In this document: one piece after another, positions 45,700 to 56,120 of the stretch | How the letters are laid out: each line of letters begins with the position of its first letter | Position numbering within the stretch: the first letter of the stretch is position 1 | Source: Chloroflexota bacterium | GTDB lineage: Bacteria > Chloroflexota > Anaerolineae > Anaerolineales > Villigracilaceae | Assembly: GCA_037447295.1 (NCBI GenBank) | Contig: JBBIGZ010000009.1 | Coordinates: 8,400 to 72,399, forward strand | Direction: 5' to 3' | Length of the DNA stretch: 64,000 nucleotides | Translations under genes and position numbers: made by a program | The notes under the pieces: generated by a model | Seen by the model: the letters and a program-made list of their open reading frames with translations, nothing else | Told to the model about the DNA's origin: nothing | Databases searched by the model: none

Positions 45700-45778
45700 C
45701 CACATTCCACCGTCCACTGTCCACCGTCCACGGTCTACCGTCTACCTCCCACCCACCGTCCACGGTCCCTTCTACACA
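45700..45778 (+). repeat. tandem heptamer array I, about 10 units
   Basis: Units read ccacatt ccaccgt ccactgt ccaccgt ccacggt ctaccgt ctacctc ccacccaccgt ccacggt ... ctacaca. The array starts at the base after the TAG stop. Confidence 0.9.
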
Positions 45779-45795
45779 CCACCCCTTTCCTGAAG

Positions 45796-45801
45796 TAAAA
45801 T
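45796..45801 (+). promoter_or_regulatory. candidate -10 (TAAAAT) in leaderless geometry for pdp
   Basis: TAAAAT, then 6 nt (tcaacc), then the ATG at 45808. No Shine-Dalgarno. Confidence 0.4.
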
Positions 45802-45807
45802 TCAACC

Positions 45808-47127
45808 ATGCGAGCCGTTGATATTATCCTCAAAAAACGCGATGGGTTAGAACTGACGCGAGAGGAGATCGAGTTTTTCGTTCAAGGTTTCACCCGCGGC
45901 GAAATTCCGGATTACCAAGTGGCCGCTTGGGCCATGGCAGTCTTTCTGCGGGGTATGACCGAACGGGAAACCGCCGATCTGACCATGGCCATGGCGTTTT
46001 CCGGTCAGGTGCTCGATCTCAGCAACGTCGTGGGGATCGCCGTAGATAAACATTCTTCCGGCGGCGTGGGGGATAAGACCTCGCTGGTGGTCCTGCCCTG
46101 GGTAGCCGCTTGCGGGTTACCGGTTGGTAAAATGTCCGGGCGCGGGCTCGGCTTCAGCGGCGGGACGCTGGATAAGATGGAGTCCATTCCCGGCTACCGC
46201 GTCGACTTGAGCACTCAGGAATTCATCGAGCAACTGCGCAGGATCGGCATTGTGCTCACTGGTCAATCCCTCGATCTGGCCCCGGCAGATGGCAAGCTCT
46301 ATGCCTTGCGCGATGTCACCGCCACGGTGGATTCGATCCCGCTGATTGCCTCTTCGATCATGAGCAAAAAGATCGCCGCCGGCACCCAGGCAATCGTGCT
46401 GGACGTGAAATGCGGCAACGGCGCTTTCATGGAGACCCTTGAACGCGCCCGCGCCTTGGCGCGCCTGATGGTCGCCATCGGCAAACAGGTCGGTCGGTGC
46501 ACGGTAGCCATGCTCTCGGATATGAATCAACCCCTTGGTCATGCCGTCGGCAACGCGCTGGAGGTGCGCGAGGCCATCGATACCCTGCACGGCAAAGGCC
46601 CGAAGGATTTTTACGAACATTGCCATCACATCGCCGCCCATATGCTTGTGCTTGGAAGGAAGGCAAACAGCCTGGAAGAAGCACATCCCCTGCTTGATCA
46701 GGCCCTGCACTCTGGCGCCGCCTGGGAGATGTTTCGTAAGCTAGTACAAGCACAGGGTGGAGATGTGCGCTATGTGGATGAACCTCAGCGCCTGCCGCGT
46801 GCTCGCTGGATCGAACAGGTTCCGGCGCCGCGCAGTGGGTACCTATCTACCATCCATGCCCGCACCATCGGGGAAACGGCGGTGCTCCTCGGCGCCGGCC
46901 GCGCCCGCAAAGGCGATCCGATCGATCACGCCGTGGGATTTATCATCCCGCACAAAGTGGGAGACTGGGTAGAAGCAGGGGAGCCGCTCTTTGAAATCCA
47001 CGCCAATCGCCAGGAAGACCTGGAGCCGGCACGCCGCAGGTTGCAGGAAGCCTTTTCCTGGAGCGAAACGCCCGTCTCCCCTCTGCCACTCTTCTACGGG
47101 ATCGAGGACGAAAGTACCCTGGAGTAG
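45808..47127 (+). CDS. pdp: pyrimidine-nucleoside (thymidine) phosphorylase
   Basis: 439 aa. Contains KKRDG.ELT, DKHSSGGVGDKTSL and SGRGLGFSGGTLDK. Confidence 0.9.
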   Translation: MRAVDIILKKRDGLELTREEIEFFVQGFTRGEIPDYQVAAWAMAVFLRGMTERETADLTMAMAFSGQVLDLSNVVGIAVDKHSSGGVGDKTSLVVLPWVAACGLPVGKMSGRGLGFSGGTLDKMESIPGYRVDLSTQEFIEQLRRIGIVLTGQSLDLAPADGKLYALRDVTATVDSIPLIASSIMSKKIAAGTQAIVLDVKCGNGAFMETLERARALARLMVAIGKQVGRCTVAMLSDMNQPLGHAVGNALEVREAIDTLHGKGPKDFYEHCHHIAAHMLVLGRKANSLEEAHPLLDQALHSGAAWEMFRKLVQAQGGDVRYVDEPQRLPRARWIEQVPAPRSGYLSTIHARTIGETAVLLGAGRARKGDPIDHAVGFIIPHKVGDWVEAGEPLFEIHANRQEDLEPARRRLQEAFSWSETPVSPLPLFYGIEDESTLE

Positions 47128-47129
47128 GT

Positions 47130-48680
47130 ATGCTGGCGAGGGTCTATTCCTGTGCCGTGATCGGCCTGGATGGTGTGATCATCGAAGTGGAGGTGGACTA
47201 TACCGCCGGCATGGGTGGGGTCGTGATCGTCGGCCTGCCGGATGCTGCCGTTCAAGAAAGCCGCGAGCGTGTACAGACGGCCATCCGCAATGCTGGGCTA
47301 CCCTTCCCGCGACGGCGCGTGGTTGTCAACCTGGCCCCGGCCTCGGTCCGCAAGGAAGGCGCAGCCTACGATTTACCGATCGCGTTAGGAGTGCTCATCC
47401 TCACCGGGATCATACCGGCCTCTGCGATCGAGGAGACGCTGGTCGTGGGCGAACTTTCGCTGGACGGGTTGGTGCGCCACGTGCGCGGCGTGCTCCCCAT
47501 GGCGGCAGCGGCACGCGAACAGGGATTCCGGCGTATCCTCGTTCCCGAAGCCGATGCCGCCGAAGCGGCGCTGATCCCAGATTTGGAAGTGATCCCGGTC
47601 ACTTCCTTGGCGGCGCTGGTACAGCATCTCAACGGCACACATCCGATCCCTCCTTATCAGGCCTCACCCACGGAAGAAGAGCAACCGTTACTCTATACGC
47701 CGGTGGATTTTGCCGAAATCAAAGGACAGGAACACGCCAAACGCGCCCTCGAGGTGGCGGCTGCCGGCGGACATAACGTGCTCATGATCGGCAGCCCCGG
47801 CGCCGGCAAAACCCTGCTGGCGCGCGCCTTACCGGGCATCCTGCCACCCATGACGATCGAAGAAGCGCTGGAAGTGACCCGCATCTACTCGGTAGCCGAT
47901 CAGCTGCCCCCTGGCGTGCCGCTAATCCGCCAGCGCCCGTTCCGCGCGCCACATCATACGATCAGTCACGCTGGGCTGGTGGGAGGCGGCAATATTCCTG
48001 GACCGGGCGAAATCTCCTTGGCGCATCGCGGGGTGCTTTTCCTGGATGAGCTGCCGGAATTCGGCATGCGCGTGTTAGAAGTGTTGCGTCAACCAATGGA
48101 AGATAAAGTGGTCACTATCAGCCGCGCCCAAGGCTCCTTGACCTTCCACGCCAACTTTCAGCTGGTGGCGGCGATGAATCCGTGTCCCTGCGGTTACTAC
48201 GGCGATCCGCTCAAGGCCTGCACCTGCGCGCCGGCCGCGGTTACAAAGTATCAAAAGCGCATCTCCGGCCCCTTGCTGGATCGCATTGATATCCATGTTG
48301 AAGTGCCACGGGTGGATTATGACAAACTGGCGGCCGATCGGCTGGGCGAACCTTCGGCGGTGATTCGCGAGCGCGTGCAGCGCGCCCGCGAAATGCAACA
48401 GCGACGCTTTGCCCCGCTCAACGATGGCAGAGACTCGCCGATCCTCTCCAACGCGGATATGGGATTGAGCGAAGTGCGCCAATTCTGCCGCTTGACCGAG
48501 CAGGGGGAACAACTCATGCGGTTGGCCATGGTCCAGATGAACCTTTCTGCACGCGCCTATCATCGCCTGCTCAAAGTGGCGCGCACCATCGCCGATCTGG
48601 CCGGCAGCGAGCAAATTCAGCCCACCCATTTGGCAGAAGCACTACAATACCGCCCCAAGCCGGGATTGCTAAACGCCTAA
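47130..48680 (+). CDS. comM: YifB/ComM family Mg-chelatase-like AAA+ ATPase
   Basis: 516 aa. ChlI-type N-terminal domain, Walker [20 protein letters not shown], and a Zn-like [15 protein letters not shown]. Confidence 0.9.
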   Translation: MLARVYSCAVIGLDGVIIEVEVDYTAGMGGVVIVGLPDAAVQESRERVQTAIRNAGLPFPRRRVVVNLAPASVRKEGAAYDLPIALGVLILTGIIPASAIEETLVVGELSLDGLVRHVRGVLPMAAAAREQGFRRILVPEADAAEAALIPDLEVIPVTSLAALVQHLNGTHPIPPYQASPTEEEQPLLYTPVDFAEIKGQEHAKRALEVAAAGGHNVLMIGSPGAGKTLLARALPGILPPMTIEEALEVTRIYSVADQLPPGVPLIRQRPFRAPHHTISHAGLVGGGNIPGPGEISLAHRGVLFLDELPEFGMRVLEVLRQPMEDKVVTISRAQGSLTFHANFQLVAAMNPCPCGYYGDPLKACTCAPAAVTKYQKRISGPLLDRIDIHVEVPRVDYDKLAADRLGEPSAVIRERVQRAREMQQRRFAPLNDGRDSPILSNADMGLSEVRQFCRLTEQGEQLMRLAMVQMNLSARAYHRLLKVARTIADLAGSEQIQPTHLAEALQYRPKPGLLNA

Positions 48681-48790
48681 CCTTTGCATCTCATCTTGCA
48701 CAGTTATTCGGCCGGCAAGGTGAGAGCGAATCTTGTACTAATCATAGGCGCGTAATTCAGCTAGGGTTCTCTAAAGCGCAGGAGGCAACT

Positions 48791-50125
48791 ATGCAATTCC
48801 CTGATTCCCCTCTTTCTCTGTGGCTTGATACGTACGGTCCTTACACTCCGCAGTCCCCCTTACAGGGTGAGGTCAAAGTGGATGTGGTCATCATCGGCGG
48901 TGGCTTTACCGGGGTCATGACTGCCTATGAGCTAAAACGCGCTGAGCCCGCTCTGCGAATCGCCCTATTGGAAGCTCGAACCATCGGCTATGGTGCTAGC
49001 GGGCGCAACGGCTCATTCGCCATGACGGTAGTGGGCTTAGGCTTCGGCGTCATGCCAAAGATCATGGGGCGAGAACGTTTCAAAGCCGCACACCAGTATA
49101 TGGTGCGCGCCGTCGAAACACTGGATGAGCTGATCCAACGAGAAGGCCTGGAATGCGAGCGCATTCGGCCAGGATTCCTGCGCGTGGCCACCACCCAGGC
49201 CTATGTGCATCGCCTACAACATGACGTAGAAACGATGAACGCGCTGGGGTTTGATGATATTTACTGGATCAATCGGGAAGAAGTACAAGCACGGGCCAAC
49301 TCCTCACGTTATCTGGGTGCCTTGTGGGAGCCGCGGCTTCTGCTGGTGAATCCGGCCAAGCTAGTACGGGCAGAAAGAGAACTAATTTTGCGCCTAGGAG
49401 TTGAAGTCTATGAAAACACACCGGTTCTTGAAATCACTTCACGTCCCAGGTTTCAGCTCAAGACGCCCCAAGGCAAAGTGAGCAGTGAAAAACTAGTCTT
49501 TGCGACAAACGCCTATTCCCATCTCTTTCCTGAATTGCGTCGCAAGCAAATCCCAGCTTTCACTTACATGATCGCCACAGAACCACTGACCCAGGAACAG
49601 TTGGCACCCATCGGTTGGGCAAACCGCGAAGGCATCGAAGATGCTCGCAATCTGATCCACTACTACCGCTTAACACTCGACAATCGCCTAGTGATGGGGG
49701 GCGGGCCGGTGGGGCTCACCTTTGCCAATAACCTGAACGGGGATCGCAACCTCTCTGCATGGAAGCATCTGGAAGAACACATCCGCTTTTTGTTCCCTTC
49801 TCTGGCAGGAGTGCGCATTACTCACCGCTGGGGTGGTCCGTTCTCGGTTACCATGGACTTAACCCCAGCCATGGGCTATCTCGGCGACCGGCGCGCAGTC
49901 TACAGTCTGGGGTGCATTGGGCATGGCGTTTCTGCCAGTCACCTGAATGCTCAAACCATCCGAGACTTGATCCTGGAACGTCAAAGCGATTTGCTGGACT
50001 GCCCGTTTGTCAACCGGCGCGTCATCCCATGGCCGCCTGAACCTCTCCGCGTTGCCATAGCCTTTGCTTTACGCAGCTATCTGCAGGCTGAAGATTGGTT
50101 CTACGAAAGAGAGCTTGCCGCCTAA
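48791..50125 (+). CDS. FAD-dependent oxidoreductase (DAO family)
   Basis: 444 aa. Dinucleotide-binding motif [24 protein letters not shown] ribosome-binding site. Confidence 0.8.
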   Translation: MQFPDSPLSLWLDTYGPYTPQSPLQGEVKVDVVIIGGGFTGVMTAYELKRAEPALRIALLEARTIGYGASGRNGSFAMTVVGLGFGVMPKIMGRERFKAAHQYMVRAVETLDELIQREGLECERIRPGFLRVATTQAYVHRLQHDVETMNALGFDDIYWINREEVQARANSSRYLGALWEPRLLLVNPAKLVRAERELILRLGVEVYENTPVLEITSRPRFQLKTPQGKVSSEKLVFATNAYSHLFPELRRKQIPAFTYMIATEPLTQEQLAPIGWANREGIEDARNLIHYYRLTLDNRLVMGGGPVGLTFANNLNGDRNLSAWKHLEEHIRFLFPSLAGVRITHRWGGPFSVTMDLTPAMGYLGDRRAVYSLGCIGHGVSASHLNAQTIRDLILERQSDLLDCPFVNRRVIPWPPEPLRVAIAFALRSYLQAEDWFYERELAA

Positions 50126-50167
50126 GCGCCCGAAAGAAGATCATCGCCCACAGCCACCGCCCGCGTC

Positions 50168-50223
50168 CCATGTTCCACGGTCCACCTTCCACGGTCTACG
50201 GTCCACGGTCCATCGTCCCTACG
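50168..50223 (+). repeat. tandem heptamer array J, 8 units
   Basis: Units read ccatgtt ccacggt ccacctt ccacggt ctacggt ccacggt ccatcgt ccctacg, all exactly 7 nt. The array ends 2 nt before a TTGACA -35 box. Confidence 0.9.
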
Positions 50224-50225
50224 CG

Positions 50226-50254
50226 TTGACACCGCTCCTCACTCCGAGTACAAT
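50226..50254 (+). promoter_or_regulatory. sigma-70-type promoter of mscL
   Basis: TTGACA (50226-31), a 17-nt spacer, then TACAAT (50249-54). AAGGAGGAG lies at 50274-82 and the ATG at 50285. Confidence 0.65.
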
Positions 50255-50284
50255 CCTGAGAAATCCCACACCCAAGGAGGAGTC

Positions 50285-50683
50285 ATGCTCAAGGAATTCA
50301 AAGAATTCGCCCTACGCGGCAATGTCATCGATCTGGCTGTCGGTGTCATCATCGGCGGCGCATTTGGCAAGATTGTCAGCTCACTGGTTGGTGATATCCT
50401 CATGCCACTGATCGGCCTATTGACCGGCGGCATCAACCTCAGCGGCCTGGAATTCACCGTCGGTGAGGCTGCCGTGCGCTATGGCGCATTTCTCCAGGCT
50501 GTTGTGGATTTCCTAACCGTAGCCTTTGCGATTTTCTTCTTCGTGCGTGCCTTCAACCGCCTACGTGCCCGGCCTGAGCCGGCTCCCGCTCCTGCCGAAC
50601 CGACCACCAAGGAGTGTCCCTACTGCTTTAGCACCATTCCCATCAAGGCCACACGTTGTCCCTACTGCACCTCCACACTTTGA
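50285..50683 (+). CDS. mscL: large-conductance mechanosensitive channel with a C-terminal CxxC...CxxC extension
   Basis: 132 aa. [31 protein letters not shown] is the canonical MscL N-terminus. The tail reads [24 protein letters not shown]. Confidence 0.9.
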   Translation: MLKEFKEFALRGNVIDLAVGVIIGGAFGKIVSSLVGDILMPLIGLLTGGINLSGLEFTVGEAAVRYGAFLQAVVDFLTVAFAIFFFVRAFNRLRARPEPAPAPAEPTTKECPYCFSTIPIKATRCPYCTSTL

Positions 50684-52854
50684 TGGATTGGCTCACTTCC
50701 CTCAACCCGCAACAGGTTCAAGCTGTAACCGCCGGCGATGGCCCGATCCTGGTCATCGCCGGCCCTGGCTCCGGCAAAACACGCGTCCTCACCCACCGCA
50801 TCGCCTATCTCCTCCATGCGCGCGGGGTGCGCCCGTGGGAGATCATGGCCGTGACGTTCACCAACAAAGCGGCACGCGAAATGCAGGAACGGCTTCAAAG
50901 TTTGCTCGGCCCTTCTGCTCTCAACGGCATGTCGCTGGGCACGTTCCATGCCCTCTGTGCTCGCATTTTGCGCCGCGAATCCACCTACCTGCCCCTGGAT
51001 TCGAACTTCGTCATTTTTGATGCCGACGATCAGGAACGGGTGATCAAAAACGTCATCCGCGAGCTGAACTTGGACGAGAAAACCTACCGTCCGGCGGCTG
51101 TCCATGCCGCTATCTCACGCGCCAAAAACGAGCTACTCTTTCCCGATGATTACCCTACTCAGAACTACCGCGATCAGGTCATCCAGCGCATATACCGCCG
51201 CTATCAGGAAATGCTCCGCCAATCCAATGCGGTGGATTTTGACGACCTCCTACTGTGGATGGCCTATCTGCTCTCTGAATATCCTGAAGTCCGCGAAAAA
51301 TACGCCCGCCGTTTCCGCCATATCCTCGTGGATGAATTCCAGGACACCAACCTGGCCCAATATACCCTCCTACGTCATCTCGCCTCGATCCATCGCAATC
51401 TCTTCGCCGTGGGCGATCCAGATCAATCCATTTACCGCTGGCGCGGTGCCGATTACCGGAACATCCGCCGCTTTGAACAAGATTTTCCGGACGTACAGAT
51501 CATCCTGCTAGAGCAAAATTATCGTTCTCGCCAGAACATCCTGGATGCGGCCTCCGCCGTCATCCGTCACTCGCAAACCCATCGCCCACGCCGCCTCTAT
51601 AGCGAACGTGGTCAGGGCGAAAAAATTTACTACTACGAGGCCCGCGACGATTACGAAGAGGCCTCCTTTGTCACCGAAACGGTGGCCAACCTGCTCACCT
51701 CGCGCCAATTCCCGCCGGGCGAAATCGCCATCATGTACCGCACGAATGCCCAATCGCGCCTGCTGGAAGAGGCCTTCTTGCAAATGCGCCTGCCCTATCG
51801 TCTGGTTGGCGCACAGCGCTTCTATGGCCGCCGCGAGATCAAGGACCTGATCGCCTTTCTGCGCCTGGTACACAACCCGGATGACATCGTCAGCCTCGAC
51901 CGAGTGATCAACATCCCGCCGCGCGGCATTGGCGATCGCACCCTGCTTGCGCTGCACACCGTTGCTCGGCAGGCCGGCGTCTCGCCGGGAAAAGTGTTGA
52001 TCGATCTCGCCCGCGGCTCGGCCTCCACCTACTGGCAGGCTTTCAGTGGCCGTTCGGTGGTGCTCCTGGCCGATTTCGGCGCCACCCTCGCCCGCTGGCG
52101 TGCCCTGGTCAACACCACAACCCTGCCGGAGCTCTTCGATCGCATCCTCATCGACCTCAACTACCGAGAATACATCAACGATGGCACCGAAGAAGGCATG
52201 GATCGTTGGGAAAACGTCCAGGAATTGCGCCGCCTCACGCGTGAATACGAAACGCGCACCCTGGAAGAATTCCTGGAAAACATTGCCCTCGTCTCCGATC
52301 AGGATACCATCACCAACAACGATGCTCCCACCCTGCTCACACTCCACGCCGCCAAGGGTCTGGAATTTGCCGTCGTCTTTCTGGTTGGCCTGGATGATGG
52401 TCTGCTCCCTCATAGCCGCTCCTTTAGCGATCCAGAAAGCATGGAAGAAGAGCGTCGTCTCTTTTATGTGGGCATCACCCGTGCCAAAGAACGCCTTTAC
52501 CTGGTGCGTGCCCTCCAACGCGGCAGCCGCGACTATCGAGAGGAAACCATCCCCTCGCGTTTTCTGGAGGATATTCCACCCCATCTGCTGGATGGCCGCT
52601 CTCGCAGCGGACGTGGCCTCCGAAGCGTTTCTGCCCCCTCGAGCCAAGCGCAGTCGTTTGGGACCTCGAGCGGATTGGCTGCGCCTCAAGCTCGTTTCGC
52701 CGCCGGAACACGGGTGCAACATCCCCTTTGGGGCGAAGGGCTCGTCCTCCAGAGCCGTATTCAGGATGGCGAAGAAGTTGTGGATGTCGCCTTTGAGAGC
52801 GTCGGCTTCAAACGTCTGATCGCCTCCATTGCCGGACTCGTCCCCATTCCATAA
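50683..52854 (+). CDS. pcrA: ATP-dependent DNA helicase PcrA/UvrD (SF1)
   Basis: 723 aa from [15 protein letters not shown]. Contains AGPGSGKT, VDEFQDTN and the later SF1 motifs. The ATG overlaps the mscL TGA. Confidence 0.9.
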   Translation: MDWLTSLNPQQVQAVTAGDGPILVIAGPGSGKTRVLTHRIAYLLHARGVRPWEIMAVTFTNKAAREMQERLQSLLGPSALNGMSLGTFHALCARILRRESTYLPLDSNFVIFDADDQERVIKNVIRELNLDEKTYRPAAVHAAISRAKNELLFPDDYPTQNYRDQVIQRIYRRYQEMLRQSNAVDFDDLLLWMAYLLSEYPEVREKYARRFRHILVDEFQDTNLAQYTLLRHLASIHRNLFAVGDPDQSIYRWRGADYRNIRRFEQDFPDVQIILLEQNYRSRQNILDAASAVIRHSQTHRPRRLYSERGQGEKIYYYEARDDYEEASFVTETVANLLTSRQFPPGEIAIMYRTNAQSRLLEEAFLQMRLPYRLVGAQRFYGRREIKDLIAFLRLVHNPDDIVSLDRVINIPPRGIGDRTLLALHTVARQAGVSPGKVLIDLARGSASTYWQAFSGRSVVLLADFGATLARWRALVNTTTLPELFDRILIDLNYREYINDGTEEGMDRWENVQELRRLTREYETRTLEEFLENIALVSDQDTITNNDAPTLLTLHAAKGLEFAVVFLVGLDDGLLPHSRSFSDPESMEEERRLFYVGITRAKERLYLVRALQRGSRDYREETIPSRFLEDIPPHLLDGRSRSGRGLRSVSAPSSQAQSFGTSSGLAAPQARFAAGTRVQHPLWGEGLVLQSRIQDGEEVVDVAFESVGFKRLIASIAGLVPIP

Positions 52855-52867
52855 AAGGGAGTTTATC

Positions 52868-54559
52868 ATGCTCAATATTTCGCCTGCCGAAACCATCCAT
52901 CTCACCTGGAGCGATCTGGAACCCCACTTCCAGGAACTGCAATCCCGTCCCCTAAGCGCCGCCACCATCGAAGGCTGGTTGCTAGATTGGTCGCACCTTG
53001 CCCAGGTTGTGGACGAAATGGAAAGCCGCCTCTACATTGCCACCACCGTCAACACTGCCGATGCCGAGGCCGAAGCCCGCCTGAACCGTTACCTGGAAAC
53101 CATCTTTCCCCACCTCAAGACCGCAGAGCAGCGGCTTAAGGAAAAACTGTTGGCCAGCGGCCTGGAGCCTAAAGGCATGGAATTGCCCTTGCGCGCCATG
53201 CGCACCCATGCTGCCCTCTTTCGCGAAGCCAATTTGCCCCTGCAGGCCGAAGAGCAGAAGCTTTCGGTTGAATATGACAAGATCATCGGCGCCCAAACGG
53301 TCGAATGGGAAGGCCAAGAGGTCACCCTCAGCCGCCTGAAGACCGTTCTCCAGGAGCCCGATCGTGCCCGCCGCGAAAAAGCCTGGCGACTGATCGCCGA
53401 ACGCCAGCTGGCCGATCGCGCTGCGATCAACGATCTCTGGACACGCTTCATGTCCCTGCGCCTGAAGATCGCCGCCAACGCCGATCAGCCGGATTACCGC
53501 GCCTACCAATGGCAGGGCAAACTGCGCTTCGATTACACCCCCGAAGATTGCAAAACCTTCCATCGCGCCATTGAGGAGGTCATCGTCCCCCTCGCCACGC
53601 AAATCTACGAGCGTCATCGCCAAAAGCTCGGCCTGGATCGCCTGCGCCCCTGGGACCTGGTGGATGGCTGGTATAGCCGCCCAGTTGAAGATGGCACTCG
53701 GCCGCCCCTGCGCCCCTTCCAGGATGTGGAAGAGCTCAAAGAGAAAACCCAGGCCATCTTCGATCGCCTGGACCCACAGCTCGGTGAGTATTTCCGCATT
53801 ATGCGCCAGGAATCCATGTTCGACCTAGACAACCGCAAAAACAAAGCACCGGGTGGCTATTGCACCCACCTACCGCTCAGCCGTCGCCCGTTCATCTTCA
53901 TGAACGCCGTCGGCATACACGATGATGTACAAACCTTGCTCCACGAGAGCGGCCACGCCTTTCACGATTTCGAGCGCCAGGGATTGCCTTACTATCATCA
54001 ATGGGGCTCACCGATGGAATTCAGCGAGGTCGCTTCGATGGGCATGGAACTGCTCGCCTCCCCCTACCTGACCGAATTCTATACGCCCCAGGATACCCGC
54101 CGCGCCTTCCAGGAACACCTGGAACGCTCGATCCTCTTCTGGCCGTTCATGGCGGTGGTGGATGCTTTTCAACATTGGGTCTATGAAAACCCCTCTCAGG
54201 GCGCCGATCCCGCTCAATGTGATGCCAAGTGGGCCGAGCTCTGGCAACGCTTCATCCCGGCGATCGATTGGAGTGGCTTGGAAGACGTGATGATGAGCGG
54301 CTGGCATCGCAAATTGCACATCCACCAAGTTCCCTTCTACTATGTGGAATACGGCCTGGCACAGCTCGGCGCCTTCCAGGTATGGGGTCAAGCGCTCAAA
54401 GATCAGGCAGAAGCATTGCGCCGCTATCGCCAAGCACTGGCGCTCGGTGGCACTGTGCCCTTGCCGCAGCTCTATGCCACGGCCGGCGCCCGTTTTGCCA
54501 TGGATGCTTCCATCCTGCGACAAGTTGTAGAACTCGCACATCCCTTCTTGGAACTTTGA
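52868..54559 (+). CDS. M3-family oligoendopeptidase (PepF-like)
   Basis: 563 aa. Zinc motif LLHESGHAFH. AAGGGAG ribosome-binding site. Confidence 0.85.
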   Translation: MLNISPAETIHLTWSDLEPHFQELQSRPLSAATIEGWLLDWSHLAQVVDEMESRLYIATTVNTADAEAEARLNRYLETIFPHLKTAEQRLKEKLLASGLEPKGMELPLRAMRTHAALFREANLPLQAEEQKLSVEYDKIIGAQTVEWEGQEVTLSRLKTVLQEPDRARREKAWRLIAERQLADRAAINDLWTRFMSLRLKIAANADQPDYRAYQWQGKLRFDYTPEDCKTFHRAIEEVIVPLATQIYERHRQKLGLDRLRPWDLVDGWYSRPVEDGTRPPLRPFQDVEELKEKTQAIFDRLDPQLGEYFRIMRQESMFDLDNRKNKAPGGYCTHLPLSRRPFIFMNAVGIHDDVQTLLHESGHAFHDFERQGLPYYHQWGSPMEFSEVASMGMELLASPYLTEFYTPQDTRRAFQEHLERSILFWPFMAVVDAFQHWVYENPSQGADPAQCDAKWAELWQRFIPAIDWSGLEDVMMSGWHRKLHIHQVPFYYVEYGLAQLGAFQVWGQALKDQAEALRRYRQALALGGTVPLPQLYATAGARFAMDASILRQVVELAHPFLEL

Positions 54560-54566
54560 GGCAACC

Positions 54567-55163
54567 ATGAACTGGAAATTGCTTTGGGATCTCTTTCTCG
54601 TCTTCACCCGCGTGGCACTGTTCTCCTGGGGAGGCGGTCCGGCTTCCCTGGCGCTAATGCAACGAGAAACGACCTCCGCCCTGTGGGTTCCACCGGGACA
54701 ATCCGATCCCGTCCCCTGGGTGACGCCGGAGGAGTTCGCCGATGCCGTGGCCGTGGGGAATGCCTTGCCGGGGCCGATCGCTCCCCAAGTTTCAGCGTTT
54801 ATCGGCTATAAGCTGGCCGGCCTGCCCGGCGCCATCGCTGCGGTCACCGGCACCGTGCTGCCCACCACCATGCTCATGCTGATAATGGTGATCTTCTTCT
54901 TCGGCATTAAGGATAGTCCCACCGTCCAGGCCATGCTCAAGGTTGTGCGCCCGATTGTGGTCGGTTTTTTGCTTTGGACGGCTTACGATATGGCCCTGAG
55001 CGTCTTCGGCGCGCGCAAACTGGGCTGGCCAATGGCTCTCTCCCAAGGCTGGGATAAGCTCCTGATCACCTTCTTCGCCTTTGCTCTGCTCACCTACACA
55101 AAGATCAACCCGGTTTTCCTGATCCTCAGTGGTGCTGTGTTTGGCTATCTCGTTTACAGGTGA
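54567..55163 (+). CDS. chrA: chromate transporter (CHR) family protein, single half-size domain
   Basis: 198 aa. FSWGGGPASLALMQRE and a later GNALPGPIA are typical of CHR domains. Confidence 0.75.
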   Translation: MNWKLLWDLFLVFTRVALFSWGGGPASLALMQRETTSALWVPPGQSDPVPWVTPEEFADAVAVGNALPGPIAPQVSAFIGYKLAGLPGAIAAVTGTVLPTTMLMLIMVIFFFGIKDSPTVQAMLKVVRPIVVGFLLWTAYDMALSVFGARKLGWPMALSQGWDKLLITFFAFALLTYTKINPVFLILSGAVFGYLVYR

Positions 55164-55166
55164 CCC

Positions 55167-56120
55167 ATGAAAGTCTATCACCCTCCCAAAATCCCCTCTT
55201 CGGAGATCACCCCTTCCCATCTCTATTTCTCCCGTCGCGATGTGCTGAAGATGGCCGCCATCCTGGCCGGTGGGCTGGGATTGGCGGCCTGCGCGCCGGC
55301 CCTGGTGCAATCGCCAACGCCTGCGCCCCCCACATTCCGAACCTCGGGACAAACCGATGAGCGCGGCGATGCCCTGACTCCATATGAGATGATCACGAAT
55401 TACAACAACTACTACGAATTCAGCGAACAAAAGGAGGCTGTCGCCCGCCTGGCACAGAATTTTGAAACCCATCCCTGGACCGTGGAGGTGGGTGGTCTGT
55501 GCCGCTTTCCGAAAATCTACGATATCGATGATCTGCTCAAGCGCTTCCCGGCCGAGGAACGCATTTACCGCCTGCGCTGCGTGGAAGGCTGGAGCATGAT
55601 CATCCCTTGGAACGGCTTTCCGCTGGCCGCTTTGCTCAAAGAAGTGGAGCCGCTCGCTTCGGCGCGCTATGTGCGCTTCGTTTCCGTCTACCGGCCAGAA
55701 CAGATGCCTGGTCAGCGCTCCCGTTTCTACCCATGGCCGTATTACGAGGGGTTACGGCTGGATGAGGCCATGCATCCTTTAACGATACTGGCTACGGGTC
55801 TCTATGGCGCGCCGCTCCCGCCCCAAGACGGCGCTCCGATTCGGTTGGTCGTCCCGTGGAAATACGGCTTCAAGTCGGCCAAGGCGATCGTCAAGATCGA
55901 GCTGGTTGAAGAGCAGCCGAAAACTTTCTGGTCCACGATCGCGCCACACGAATACGGCTTTTACGCTAACGTTAACCCAGATGTGCCGCACCCGCGCTGG
56001 TCACAGGCGACGGAACGACGCATCGGTGAAATCGGAAGACGGCCGACTCTGCTCTTTAACGGTTATGCTGAAGAAGTGGCAGCGCTCTATGCCGGCATGG
56101 ATCTGAGCAAGTATTACTGA
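55167..56120 (+). CDS. msrP: protein-methionine-sulfoxide reductase catalytic (molybdopterin) subunit
   Basis: 317 aa. Tat-like signal [21 protein letters not shown]. Contains [10 protein letters not shown] and RLRCVEGWS. Confidence 0.9.
   Translation: MKVYHPPKIPSSEITPSHLYFSRRDVLKMAAILAGGLGLAACAPALVQSPTPAPPTFRTSGQTDERGDALTPYEMITNYNNYYEFSEQKEAVARLAQNFETHPWTVEVGGLCRFPKIYDIDDLLKRFPAEERIYRLRCVEGWSMIIPWNGFPLAALLKEVEPLASARYVRFVSVYRPEQMPGQRSRFYPWPYYEGLRLDEAMHPLTILATGLYGAPLPPQDGAPIRLVVPWKYGFKSAKAIVKIELVEEQPKTFWSTIAPHEYGFYANVNPDVPHPRWSQATERRIGEIGRRPTLLFNGYAEEVAALYAGMDLSKYY

Noticed and set aside
48761-48769. A guanidine-I (ykkC) riboswitch, hinted at by CTAGGGTTC upstream of the FAD oxidoreductase gene
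   Set aside because: Only this 9-mer resembles the motif. The GGUCCGAGAG and ACGGCGGGA elements are absent, and the start codon is only about 20 nt downstream.
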